Sequence record: MN871440.1 | Strand: one strand, 5' to 3' | Length of the DNA: 64,000 nt | Part shown: positions 18,590 to 27,849 of the stretch, one piece after another | How positions within the stretch are numbered: position 1 is the first letter of the stretch | How the letters are laid out: every line of letters begins with the position of its first letter | The notes under the pieces: model-generated | What the model saw: the letters and a program-made list of their open reading frames with translations, nothing else | Databases searched by the model: none | What the model was told of the DNA's origin: nothing | Program-made: the position numbers and the translations under genes

Positions 18590-19099
18590 ATGCAAAATGT
18601 TGTTGTTGGTAAGAAGTACACTTTCATTGATGAAAGCGCAAAGAATGAATTCATCAAGTCACATAGCATCAATGCGAGAATTGCCGCACAAATGGATGGC
18701 GATGTGTTTACGGTTGTTTCCGGTCGTCTGGTATACACCGATAAAAGCAGCGTTACCGATGTGATTGACACTACCGTTCAAAATGCAGAAACAATATCTG
18801 TTAATGGTACAATGGTTAATACCGGATCTCAAGTTACCGCGATTGGTAATTCAGAACTGCGCTATTTCGTGGAATACATTTCCACGAAAGAACGTATCGA
18901 TAAAGAGTTCAAATCGATGCGCTTCGAAACTCTGGTGAATATCTATCTGCATTATCATCCGAATGCTGCTGAATCCAAGATCACCATGTCTTCTCTGCGA
19001 AAGTGCTGGATTCATCACAGCGAGAACGTCAAGAAAAAGCAATCTGAGTTTGAACAGATGAAGGCAGATCTGGAACAACTGATCTCTCTGACCAAGTAA
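18590..19099 (+). CDS. Frd2-like protein with C-terminal coiled coil
   Basis: VGKKYTFIDE..INARIAAQMDGDVFTV..ELRYFVE; TTGACA-17-GATAAT promoter upstream. Confidence 0.7.
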   Translation: MQNVVVGKKYTFIDESAKNEFIKSHSINARIAAQMDGDVFTVVSGRLVYTDKSSVTDVIDTTVQNAETISVNGTMVNTGSQVTAIGNSELRYFVEYISTKERIDKEFKSMRFETLVNIYLHYHPNAAESKITMSSLRKCWIHHSENVKKKQSEFEQMKADLEQLISLTK

Positions 19100-19108
19100 G
19101 GGAACAAA

Positions 19109-19888
19109 ATGGCTACACTATATCGCATCAAGTCCATGCATACAAAGCAGTTGGAAAAGTTCACAGACGTTAAACGTCACTTCGAGCTGATCAAGTGGAC
19201 ACAAGAAAATCGAGAGTTTGAATTCCGTCTGTTGGACGAGAAAGACGGTGTTTATATGACTATCGCTAGTGCTGACGGAAGAAAGCGGCTGTATGCGTCT
19301 CGCGGTTGGATCTCTGTTAAAGCAGTAAAACAATTTACCACAAAGCGAGAGGTAGATACAGTGTTGAGTGTTGGCAAAACTTATGGATTCAAAGATGAAG
19401 CATCCAAGAATGCATACAAGATCAAGTGTTCTGAGAATACTGATTTTGTGAACATCGTCGGCGATGAAGTGTTTGAAATCGTGAATCATAACGCACTCGG
19501 TGCCGTTGTTGAAGTTCTGATTGGCGCTAATAAATCCAAGTATAGCCCGAAATATCCGATCATTCTGCCGTCTGAGGTGCATCTTTTCAAAGAGGTAGTT
19601 CGAATTGATATGGACAAAGCCAAACGCGCAATTGAGTTGTATCAGCGTGATTTTGGTGCTAAGGTAATGGATGCCACAATGCGTCGTATTCTTGCGCACT
19701 ATGATAGCTTTGAGATCGAGCGTAAAAAGCTGCAAGAAGAACTCAAGACTGCCGATCAACGCATTCAGCAAGAAGAACAGCATATGAACAAGATCAGCGA
19801 ACAACTGGAAATGTCCAAGCGCAACATGCAAATGCTTGTTAATGAAGTTAACATTATCAAGAACAAACTGAAACAGTTGGGCAACTAA
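19109..19888 (+). CDS. two-domain protein with Frd2-like domain and coiled coil
   Basis: VGKTYGFKDE..ENTDFVNIVGDEVFEI..EVHLFKE. Confidence 0.7.
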   Translation: MATLYRIKSMHTKQLEKFTDVKRHFELIKWTQENREFEFRLLDEKDGVYMTIASADGRKRLYASRGWISVKAVKQFTTKREVDTVLSVGKTYGFKDEASKNAYKIKCSENTDFVNIVGDEVFEIVNHNALGAVVEVLIGANKSKYSPKYPIILPSEVHLFKEVVRIDMDKAKRAIELYQRDFGAKVMDATMRRILAHYDSFEIERKKLQEELKTADQRIQQEEQHMNKISEQLEMSKRNMQMLVNEVNIIKNKLKQLGN

Positions 19889-20373
19889 TGGAATACAAGT
19901 ATGTCCCTTGGAAACATCGACACACATGGAAAGAGCCTACGCCGGCAATGCAGAACAGAGAGCATCAAGAGGATGCGATCAAATGTCGGCTTGAATCTCT
20001 AGTTGAATTCATGAATGCACTTGGATTTGATGTCGCAAATGGTCAACCGTGGCGTGGGTTCAAGCGTGGTAATCAGCAAATCAGTTTCTACATTACAAAG
20101 AACATGATGGATTTCGCTTGTATTGACGGCTCCTGTATCTATCGTTTCGCTAGTCAAACTCCGAATCTCGTTATCATTAACGAAATGACATTGACAGGCA
20201 AGAACCGAGAGTATAAGTTTCCAAAAGCGGTGTGGAACAATGCGGTGCGCACAAAGAGATCATTTTTAGGATGTCGTGACATTCTAGTTGACAAAAAGAA
20301 TCGTTGTCTTTTCACAGAACATGCATTCTATCAGTATGGCTCAGATAGTGAGCACATAAATAAGCAAGATTAA
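19888..20373 (+). CDS. hypothetical protein
   Basis: TAATG coupling, 161 aa. Confidence 0.7.
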   Translation: MEYKYVPWKHRHTWKEPTPAMQNREHQEDAIKCRLESLVEFMNALGFDVANGQPWRGFKRGNQQISFYITKNMMDFACIDGSCIYRFASQTPNLVIINEMTLTGKNREYKFPKAVWNNAVRTKRSFLGCRDILVDKKNRCLFTEHAFYQYGSDSEHINKQD

Positions 20374-20454
20374 TCGTCTATTTTATAGACAACCGGCATT
20401 ATAGCAGTAGCCGGGTGACGTTTGAGTTACATTCATTATCTAAGAGGAAAGAAA

Positions 20455-20559
20455 ATGTTAGTACATATATGCAACCGTTGTTCGGCTAGTCTGTTTCATG
20501 CCGATGTGTCTGATGGTAGTTGCCCATTCTGCGGTAACGACGATATGGAGCCTCCCTAG
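20455..20559 (+). CDS. 34-aa zinc-ribbon microprotein
   Basis: AAGAGG RBS; MLVHICNRCSASLFHADVSDGSCPFCGNDDMEPP; terminator overlaps stop. Confidence 0.7.
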   Translation: MLVHICNRCSASLFHADVSDGSCPFCGNDDMEPP

Positions 20560-20572
20560 GGAGGCTTTTTTG
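20549..20572 (+). terminator. Rho-independent terminator
   Basis: AGCCTCCCTAGGGAGGCTTTTTT. Confidence 0.85.
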
Positions 20573-20629
20573 TTTGACTTTATAATTCAACTCAAGTAAG
20601 ATACAGATCTCTAATCAAAGGAAACAAAA

Positions 20630-21238
20630 ATGAGTATTACATACGTCGAAGCAAACTTGATCGAAGTCATTAACATGATCATCGCAAAGCGTCAATCAAA
20701 CACTGGCTATCAGAATGGTAAGGTCTACGTCGCACAAGGTTGCAACTGCTTTGCTGCAATGGGAGCTGGATTTGCTGCACAAGTAGCAAGAAATTATCCA
20801 ATGGCAGCCGCTGTAGATGAAAATTATGCAAAGTATTTCGTAACTCCGGAAGACAAAGAGAAGAATCAACTCGGGACTTATAGCGTTGCGCATATCGGCG
20901 GCGGTGTTGTTATGTTCAATCTCTATTCTCAGTTGTACGGTGGTCCGGATTTTCGTTTAGAAGCATTCGAACGCGCATTCGATGAAATGATGCTGACGAT
21001 TGAGGAAGCAGTTGAGTCCGACGAGGTAAATGCGCTCGTTCTCATGCCGCGAATTGGAGCCGGGATCGGTGGTGGCAAATGGGAAGAAATCTCGAAAATC
21101 ATTGAGCAATATCAAGGCGCGGCCGATTTCATGATTTACGATTACAAGCCGACTGTTATCGTTAGTAGCTGGAGAAATCAATATCATGATGATCATGACG
21201 TATCTCGTTACATGATTGAAGATGTTGAGCAAGATTAA
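20630..21238 (+). CDS. macrodomain protein (ADP-ribose hydrolase, T4 tk.4/TARG1-like)
   Basis: AQGCNCFAAMGAGFAAQV, NLYSQ, MPRIGAGIGGGKWEEI. Confidence 0.88.
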   Translation: MSITYVEANLIEVINMIIAKRQSNTGYQNGKVYVAQGCNCFAAMGAGFAAQVARNYPMAAAVDENYAKYFVTPEDKEKNQLGTYSVAHIGGGVVMFNLYSQLYGGPDFRLEAFERAFDEMMLTIEEAVESDEVNALVLMPRIGAGIGGGKWEEISKIIEQYQGAADFMIYDYKPTVIVSSWRNQYHDDHDVSRYMIEDVEQD

Positions 21239-21242
21239 TCAA

Positions 21243-21264
21243 GGGCACCTTCGGGTGCCTTTTT
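21243..21264 (+). terminator. Rho-independent terminator with cUUCGg loop
   Basis: GGGCACC-TTCG-GGTGCCTTTTT. Confidence 0.85.
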
Positions 21265-21299
21265 CGTTGGCGTAAATAATAAACAACACAGGAGGAAAT

Positions 21300-21686
21300 A
21301 TGTTGAGCTTATTAGCTAATAAGTGGACCACTGGTGTAATCGGAATTGCGTTGCTTGGTGGCGTTTTCTGGTATATGAGTGACACGATAGAAGATCAGAA
21401 GAAAGAGATATCGAGTTTATCAACTCAGGTAGACAACCAGGTGCGATTGGCCGCAGAGTTGAAAGCAAACATAGCAGAGCTATCGACTCAGAGCCAGAGC
21501 TTTGGTAAACGCATTGGCGAGCTTAATACCAAGCTTGATAACAAAGTATCTGGTCTTGAGAAAATGATCGGTCGCGGTGATGTTGTTGCTAAGAAACCGA
21601 AATTGGTAGAGAAAAAGATCAATACCAGTTATGAGGGTTTTAGTCAAAACGCCGATTGTATAATGGGAGCAAAGAAATGCAAATGA
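21300..21686 (+). CDS. inner-membrane spanin (PseT.3-like)
   Basis: N-terminal TM, coiled coil, AKKPKLVEKKIN. Confidence 0.85.
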   Translation: MLSLLANKWTTGVIGIALLGGVFWYMSDTIEDQKKEISSLSTQVDNQVRLAAELKANIAELSTQSQSFGKRIGELNTKLDNKVSGLEKMIGRGDVVAKKPKLVEKKINTSYEGFSQNADCIMGAKKCK

Positions 21687-21970
21687 AGTATGCTGTACTA
21701 GGGTTAACGCTGTTGCTTGGTGGTTGTGCTCAACATCAGCAAGAGATTAAGCCAGTAGTCTATCACCCACCTCGTCCAGAAGTAGTCGAGACGTATCGAC
21801 CCGAATGGCGAGTAATTATCGATGATGGCAAATCGTATGTGGCAATGAGATATGACGACTCAGTGAGATACCGAATCTGGTTGGAGAAAGTGTTCAACTA
21901 CATTCAGAAGCAAAACGAAATGATTTGTCATTATAGAAAAGATCTGAAAGAAGAAAATTGTCAGAAGTAA
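21677..21970 (+). CDS. outer-membrane lipoprotein spanin (PseT.2-like)
   Basis: lipobox LLGGC, Pro-rich YHPPRP, YIQKQNEMICHYRKDLKE. Confidence 0.88.
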   Translation: MQMKYAVLGLTLLLGGCAQHQQEIKPVVYHPPRPEVVETYRPEWRVIIDDGKSYVAMRYDDSVRYRIWLEKVFNYIQKQNEMICHYRKDLKEENCQK

Positions 21971-22005
21971 GTCGTAGACTGCGAGCGTAGCGAGCTAAAT
22001 GTTAA

Positions 22006-22070
22006 AAGAAGAGAAGATAAAAAAAAAAAAACCGCAGTCGCTGGCGCGACTTCCTAGGAGAGTTTACTAT
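22006..22070 (+). repeat. dispersed hairpin element, copy A
   Basis: AAGAAGAGAAGATAAA (22006-22021), A13 run, then 22033-22070 matches 61015-61052 at 34/38 nt. Confidence 0.8.
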
Positions 22071-22213
22071 TTGTACCATCTTGAACATTTGGCGAAAAAC
22101 TTCTTGCAATCTGATTTTACCCGAGTATACTACTCATAAATCGTCGTCAACAATCAACAAAGGAAGTGCATAGAAAAAGGTATCTTTCTATTCCAAACAA
22201 ATAGAGGAAGAAA

Positions 22214-22735
22214 ATGTTAAAGAAAATCTGTATCGCGTTACTACTCGTTTGTGGTTTCGCAAATGCCAGCGCATCAACAAAGCTGGATCTCAACGATAAC
22301 CAACGTTATGTTGTTAATCGTGCATATGAACTAGGTCAGAGTATGGATTACGGCATGACATTTGCTGCCATCGCTTTAACCGAAAGCCAAGCAGGCGAAG
22401 ATCTCGTAAACAATGTTTCGGGTGACTACGGGGTGTTTCAGAATAATCTTCATTACACCGTTCGAGGACTGGAGAAAAAGCTTGGTTACAAGATGTCTGC
22501 TAAGCAGATCAGAGACTTGAAAAAGGGTCTGATTGAAAACATGGAATTGTCTGCATCCATGACCGAAATGAACCTCAAGTATTGGCAAGAAGTTCACGGT
22601 AAGAAAGCTTGGAGCAAGATCATTGCTTCATATAACGCCGGTTTTAACTACCGAGGCAAAGACGGTCAAACGTACTTAGCCAAAGTAAAGGCGAACATGC
22701 GCAAGTTGCAGAATTGTGATTGTATCGCTGAGTAA
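22214..22735 (+). CDS. secreted lytic transglycosylase (SLT, T4 Vs.1-like)
   Basis: signal peptide; AAIALTESQAG, YGVFQ, IASYNAG. Confidence 0.88.
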   Translation: MLKKICIALLLVCGFANASASTKLDLNDNQRYVVNRAYELGQSMDYGMTFAAIALTESQAGEDLVNNVSGDYGVFQNNLHYTVRGLEKKLGYKMSAKQIRDLKKGLIENMELSASMTEMNLKYWQEVHGKKAWSKIIASYNAGFNYRGKDGQTYLAKVKANMRKLQNCDCIAE

Positions 22736-22814
22736 GAAGTTTCAGGCAGGAAACTGCCTGACTTTTCAAGATAATTTGTTAAGTTGTCTTGAAAAGTCAA
22801 AAGGAGACTGTATA

Positions 22815-23309
22815 ATGAAAGCCACACTGAACGCTTTTGAGGAAGATCAGGCTAGATTCGACATCACAGACGTTGAGATCGAATTCGAGCGTGATACAGT
22901 TTTGAAAGCAATTGACAAACTCGAACAAGAGTTAGAAGATGACGAACATGGGTATTATGATTCTCACTGCATTGAACTAGAGGTTCAAGACGGCAAGGAT
23001 TATTACTGTGAACGAATCTTTAGTAATGACGGCGCACAAGAGTTTGACGAAATCACCGATAAGATGCAGATCGCAAAAGATGTTCGCGACGCATTCGGTG
23101 AAAACTCTGTGGAAGTTAGAATCAACAATCTTTATATCCGAGTTGGATGCTATCAATTCTATGTCGTCTATAAAGAAAATGAAAAAGTGGTTTACCTGAA
23201 CGATCAAACTCCGTATAATCGGATGTTCGGAATGCATGGTAAACATAGCAAAAACGTAAAGCATGATGAAATCGTGCCTTATCTGGTAGAACTGATAAAT
23301 AAGGGTTAA
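22815..23309 (+). CDS. hypothetical acidic protein
   Basis: AGGAG RBS, ATG 22815. Confidence 0.7.
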   Translation: MKATLNAFEEDQARFDITDVEIEFERDTVLKAIDKLEQELEDDEHGYYDSHCIELEVQDGKDYYCERIFSNDGAQEFDEITDKMQIAKDVRDAFGENSVEVRINNLYIRVGCYQFYVVYKENEKVVYLNDQTPYNRMFGMHGKHSKNVKHDEIVPYLVELINKG

Positions 23310-23311
23310 AA

Positions 23312-24229
23312 ATGCCGTATATCGAACTGACCGTGGGTGCATCCTCTTCTGGGAAAAGTACCTACGCTAAAAGTGAAGTAAAGAAATCTCGTGGTATGCT
23401 GGTTGAAGTCAATCGCGACAACACTCGTAAAGCTCTGTTTGCTGCTGCAAGCTGGGGTGAATACAAGTTCAACAATGATCGCGAAAATCTGGTCACCACT
23501 GTGAACAAAGCCGCTGTGCAAGCTGCTGTTGATGCCAAGAAAGACGTTATTATCTCTGATACTAACCTCAGTCCGGTCTATCGTAAGATGTGGCAGGACT
23601 ACGCTGAGAGCGTTGGTTATGAGTACCGCGAACTCTGGTTCAACGTTGAACTGGATGAACTGCTGACTCGTAACAAGACTCGCGGTCCGTGGAAACTCGA
23701 TGCTGATCGCGTCAAAGTAATGCATGATCAATTCGTTGATCAGTTTAATGCCGAAGTTCATACTTCGTATATCCCGGATTTTAGTGCTGATTCTGAGATC
23801 TATCAACCGTCTACCTCGCTGCCTAACGCCGTGATGTTTGACACTGATGGCACTACCGCTCATATGGTAGGTCGTGGTCCGTTTGAGTGGGATAAAGTCG
23901 GTCAAGATCTGCCGAAGTATAACGTAATCAATCACGCTAAAGATCTGAAAGCGCGTGGTGTAACTATCATCAACCTGAGTGGTCGTGATGGCTGTTGTAA
24001 AGATGCCACCGCAGAGTGGTACAAGAAAGTCGGTATGCCGTGTGATTTTCACTTCCAGCGTGAAGCAGGAGATCAACGTCCCGATGATGTTATCAAGAAA
24101 GAAATCTTCTTCCGAGACATCGCACCGAAATTCAACGTGCTGTATGCCGTAGATGATCGCAAAAAGGTAGTTGATATGTGGCGCTCGCTGGGTCTGGAGT
24201 GCTGGGAAGTTCAAGAGTCCAACTTCTAA
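23312..24229 (+). CDS. pseT: polynucleotide 5'-kinase / 3'-phosphatase
   Basis: GASSSGKST P-loop, NRD, ISDTNL; FDTDGT, LSGR, AVDDR. Confidence 0.95.
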   Translation: MPYIELTVGASSSGKSTYAKSEVKKSRGMLVEVNRDNTRKALFAAASWGEYKFNNDRENLVTTVNKAAVQAAVDAKKDVIISDTNLSPVYRKMWQDYAESVGYEYRELWFNVELDELLTRNKTRGPWKLDADRVKVMHDQFVDQFNAEVHTSYIPDFSADSEIYQPSTSLPNAVMFDTDGTTAHMVGRGPFEWDKVGQDLPKYNVINHAKDLKARGVTIINLSGRDGCCKDATAEWYKKVGMPCDFHFQREAGDQRPDDVIKKEIFFRDIAPKFNVLYAVDDRKKVVDMWRSLGLECWEVQESNF

Positions 24230-24302
24230 TAGCAAGGGGAGAAATCCCCTTGTTTCTTCTGTGCTATTCGTGTGATAACATAGAAAGAAACAAGGAGAAT
24301 TT

Positions 24303-24590
24303 ATGTACGCTATAACATATTTTGATGACAATCAGCGCCGCTCGGTTGTCTTGCAAGATGGACGAGCTTGCATTTTTAAGACGAAAGAGCTTGCAAAAAC
24401 TTATGAAGGTGCTATACTTGTACCTAAGCTAATCGAGTTGATCGAGAAAGGCGAGTTTCAAGGCAAATCTTTCTTTGGGAAAGAAAAGCATAAACCAATT
24501 TCACTCGATGATTCCAGACGTATCAAACGAATGCTTGATACTATGATGATCGAGAGTGTTACTAAACTGACATTTGGAAAAACTAGATGA
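24303..24590 (+). CDS. hypothetical protein
   Basis: AGGAG RBS; lies between pseT and cd. Confidence 0.7.
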   Translation: MYAITYFDDNQRRSVVLQDGRACIFKTKELAKTYEGAILVPKLIELIEKGEFQGKSFFGKEKHKPISLDDSRRIKRMLDTMMIESVTKLTFGKTR

Positions 24591-24844
24591 CTCCTACACA
24601 GTTCGAGACTGAAATTGAGACGAAACTGATCCCAGTTCTTGCTTCCGAATACGGTAGTCGCGGGATTCAGTTTGGTTACTCTAAAACTAGACCGGATGAA
24701 TATTCATTTCAGGTGAGAGTTCCGATGCCAATGCATAACGGCATGGTTGGATATCAATCTGTCATTTATACCGTCTGGTATGTTGGCGATAAAATCGATT
24801 GGTGTATTGGTGATCTACCACAATTTCCACCGAAGGACATTTAA
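24587..24844 (+). CDS. hypothetical protein
   Basis: ATGA overlap. Confidence 0.6.
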   Translation: MTPTQFETEIETKLIPVLASEYGSRGIQFGYSKTRPDEYSFQVRVPMPMHNGMVGYQSVIYTVWYVGDKIDWCIGDLPQFPPKDI

Positions 24845-25218
24845 TGGAAACGATTGATTTAAAGGGCAACTATGCTTTTTATGATACCGAACACAAGAAA
24901 CTGATTGCAGTTGGCGGTGGTATTACATTTGGCAAGGGTGGTAATCCTACGCTCAAACTATATAACACTGGTTTCTGGATTGAGTTGAAGCAGCGAATTG
25001 TTGCCAAAGAACTCGGCGTGTGTCTTGACATTGCTCGTGAAGCATGGTCTGATTATCAATGTCGAAATGCTCATTGGCACGTTATCAAGCATGAGGCTAT
25101 CCTCAGAGACAACATGCCTTTGTTTGAACGAATGAGTAAACTGTTATTCAAAGATCAAAACATCGTGATTAAAGTTGCGGTAGACTCTATCATTATTGAT
25201 CCGAACCCTGTAAAATGA
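24844..25218 (+). CDS. hypothetical protein
   Basis: TAATG coupling. Confidence 0.6.
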   Translation: METIDLKGNYAFYDTEHKKLIAVGGGITFGKGGNPTLKLYNTGFWIELKQRIVAKELGVCLDIAREAWSDYQCRNAHWHVIKHEAILRDNMPLFERMSKLLFKDQNIVIKVAVDSIIIDPNPVK

Positions 25219-25763
25219 AGACAACTACTTTTTTGCAAAAAGCTTTTCTTGTCGCACAAGAGAGCAAATGTGTAAGCTATCGAGTCGGTGCGATTATCTC
25301 CAAAGATGATCGTCCTATCAGTAGCGGTTACAACGGGACAATCTCTGGTCAACCTAACTGTGATGAAGTCGCAGAAGAAAATGGTTGGGCCGAGTATGTA
25401 AATGTCCCCGGAGTTGGTACTGAATTGCGACTGAGACAAGACAAGTCGGACGAATACTCCGCTTGGGCAAAGTCAAACGTTATTCATGCCGAAATGAACG
25501 CGATTCTATTTGCAGCAAACAGCGGCAAGCCAATCGAAGGTGCTACTATGTATTGCACTATGGCTCCCTGTCCTGAGTGTGCAAAGACTATCGCACAAGC
25601 AAAAATCAAAACGCTGGTTTACTGCGAAGATTACAACGGGTCAAATGCCGATTGGGCAGAAATCTTAACTCGATGCGGTGTCAAAGTGATTAAGATTGAC
25701 AAGAAGTATCTGAACATGCTAAACTGGGAAAAAGTTTTATCCAAAAGGAAACGTATAGAATGA
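25215..25763 (+). CDS. cd: dCMP deaminase
   Basis: SKCVSYRVGAII, GYNG, HAEMNAI, TMAPCPECAK. Confidence 0.96.
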   Translation: MKTTTFLQKAFLVAQESKCVSYRVGAIISKDDRPISSGYNGTISGQPNCDEVAEENGWAEYVNVPGVGTELRLRQDKSDEYSAWAKSNVIHAEMNAILFAANSGKPIEGATMYCTMAPCPECAKTIAQAKIKTLVYCEDYNGSNADWAEILTRCGVKVIKIDKKYLNMLNWEKVLSKRKRIE

Positions 25764-26044
25764 TTCTGCCTAAGATTGAATTTGAATTTAGCAAGCGTAC
25801 TAAGAAGATCATGTTCGCTGTTGCCGTAGTCGCTATGGCGATGCCTGCCGCATCCGAATACATGAGCAATGTGGTTGTTACTGATGTTGATTGCAACGTC
25901 ACCTATAAGGGCCAGGTTGTTCATATTGAGAAATCACAGTTCGCACCGTCACCGACGAATGCAACGTTCTTCTATTCTGACGATGCCGGCTGGATGAAAG
26001 AAACCGAAACAACTGACAAAACCTGTAAGGAACTGAAAAAATGA
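25760..26044 (+). CDS. hypothetical membrane-anchored protein
   Basis: hydrophobic N-terminal helix. Confidence 0.6.
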   Translation: MILPKIEFEFSKRTKKIMFAVAVVAMAMPAASEYMSNVVVTDVDCNVTYKGQVVHIEKSQFAPSPTNATFFYSDDAGWMKETETTDKTCKELKK

Positions 26045-26370
26045 GAAAATGGGAAGACCTGACCGAAAACGAAAAAGTAATTGTAAAACGTTGCGTAGAA
26101 GCAATTCTTCGTCTCGGTGAACATCAAGTGGTGTTCGAAAAAGTAGACGGCTCTATTCGTGTTGCTCAAGCATCACTGAACGAGCGACTGATCTCCGCCG
26201 AACTCAGCAAAGAGCTGTTCGAGAAAGAAACAAAGCCATCTGTAGTTCGTCGCGAAAGCTTCGAAAGCTGCCGATTCTATGAAGTCGGTACCAAAGAGTG
26301 GCGTAGCTTCCAACTCAAGAAACTGATCTCTATCGGTTCTCTGAAAATCGAAGATCTGATTCGAATTTAA
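26041..26370 (+). CDS. WYL_2/SH3-like protein (T4 31.1-like)
   Basis: VVFEKVDGSIR..FYEVGTKEWRSF. Confidence 0.8.
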   Translation: MRKWEDLTENEKVIVKRCVEAILRLGEHQVVFEKVDGSIRVAQASLNERLISAELSKELFEKETKPSVVRRESFESCRFYEVGTKEWRSFQLKKLISIGSLKIEDLIRI

Positions 26371-26484
26371 TGTTTACGACTCGCGTCAACAATGCTATTA
26401 TTACTTTGTTGTCGCAGTGAAGCGAACAACAAAAGGGAGTTGTCCTGAGAGACAACGTGTGTTTAATCTCACATGAGATTGAAA

Positions 26485-26895
26485 ATGTCTGAATTAGGTT
26501 TTAAGGCATTCGATGAACAAGTTGTTCTTGAGTGTTCGGCTGCGAGAAAGGGTGAGGAGTTAAAATCTGACGCTGGTCTGATTTTGGGTGTACGAAATCA
26601 AGGCGATATTCCTTTGTATGGAACGATTGTTTCGATTGGTGATGCTTGTCCAGATAACGTCAAAGAGTTAATGGGAAAAGACGTTGCATTGCCACAAGGC
26701 GGTAGCATTTACAGTAATGTACCCGATCCGCGTATGGCATACGGGTTAATCCCACGTAATAGCACAGATGCACGAATCTTCGTGACTATGCATTATAAAG
26801 CAATCCGCACGATCTATGATGGTTGCCCAGCCGGCAAGCCAGTCGCAGAAAGTGAAGTACCGTTTAAATCATCTTTGACACTTCTAAGCAAGTAA
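26485..26895 (+). CDS. 31: capsid co-chaperonin (GroES analog)
   Basis: FKAFDEQVVL..SDAGLILG..YGTIVSIG..VPDP..HYKAI; next to rIII. Confidence 0.9.
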   Translation: MSELGFKAFDEQVVLECSAARKGEELKSDAGLILGVRNQGDIPLYGTIVSIGDACPDNVKELMGKDVALPQGGSIYSNVPDPRMAYGLIPRNSTDARIFVTMHYKAIRTIYDGCPAGKPVAESEVPFKSSLTLLSK

Positions 26896-26904
26896 GGAAA
26901 TAAA

Positions 26905-27189
26905 ATGTCTGTAAAAAACTTTGTAGAAACTCTGGTTCGTGGTTCTGTTGTTGCTCAACGTCAAGCGTGGAACGCCGGTCACGAAAACCAAGGCGCATCT
27001 ATTGACGTTCTGGCAATCGCTATGGAACAAGCGTCCGCTCTGCCGAAAAACAAAAAAGCGGTAGAAATGGTTGAGTATATCAATCAGTGGGACATGGAAC
27101 AAGGCTACGGTCTGCGTTTCGCTAAAGAACTGGATAGCTCTGTTGTTCGCGGCATCACCGCTGAACTGAAAGACTACTTCAAGTCCTGA
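26905..27189 (+). CDS. rIII: lysis-inhibition accessory protein
   Basis: QRQAWNAGHENQGASIDV matches T4 QRNAWNNGHENYGASIDV. Confidence 0.9.
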   Translation: MSVKNFVETLVRGSVVAQRQAWNAGHENQGASIDVLAIAMEQASALPKNKKAVEMVEYINQWDMEQGYGLRFAKELDSSVVRGITAELKDYFKS

Positions 27190-27357
27190 ACTGATCAAGC
27201 ACTGACATTTAAAGTCGAACGAGTCGTTGTTAAAGCTAAACCTAGAAAGCTTACGACTCGTTGGACATTCGACGTCGAAAACATCGAAACTGAATTCGGT
27301 GATGACGTTGTTAAACAACTAATCGAATCTATACAAAAGGAAATTCAAAATGGCTAA
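27190..27357 (+). other. start-less in-frame extension of rIII with gp23-like segment
   Basis: 55 sense codons in the rIII frame after TGA, no ATG/GTG/TTG; LTFKVERVVVKAKPRKLTTRWTFD. Confidence 0.5.
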
Positions 27358-27778
27358 GAAATCTCGTCGCGGTAAAGGTCACTTCGCAATCTACAAAGCA
27401 ACTGGTCTGTTCGCTAAGAACAAAGCTCGCGATATCGAGCGTCATGTTGCCGCTAACCCGACTGATGAAGTCGCTAAAGTTGCACTGACCAAGATCCCCG
27501 CCAAATCTTCTCGTTGGGGCTACACTGGTCCGGTTAACCCGAAGAAAGGCGCTAAGGATTCTCGTCTGGACGTCGCTCTGACTCGCGCTGTTCGTAAAGC
27601 CGAACGTGTATACAAGTTCGTGAAAGACGCCGGTGCCGTTGTTCTCGGTAAGCAAAATCGCATTGTCGATGTAGAAACTCAGCGCGTTGAATTCAAGTTC
27701 AAGCGTCATGCACCGCGCCCGACTGGCGCAGCAACTACAGCACCGGTAGAAAAGAAGAAAGTTCGTCGCGGTAAGTGA
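27350..27778 (+). CDS. highly basic hypothetical protein
   Basis: AAGGA RBS, Lys/Arg-rich, C-ending codon bias as in highly expressed genes. Confidence 0.8.
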   Translation: MAKKSRRGKGHFAIYKATGLFAKNKARDIERHVAANPTDEVAKVALTKIPAKSSRWGYTGPVNPKKGAKDSRLDVALTRAVRKAERVYKFVKDAGAVVLGKQNRIVDVETQRVEFKFKRHAPRPTGAATTAPVEKKKVRRGK

Positions 27779-27849
27779 TTGACTCTCTGAATCAAGTTTA
27801 GTAAAATGGGGACAGTCGAAAGATTGTCCCCATTTTTTATGGTGAAAAT

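Noticed and set aside
22019-22031. A13 homopolymer as a phase-variation switch
   Set aside because: Non-coding and not between -35 and -10 boxes; length may be a sequencing artefact.
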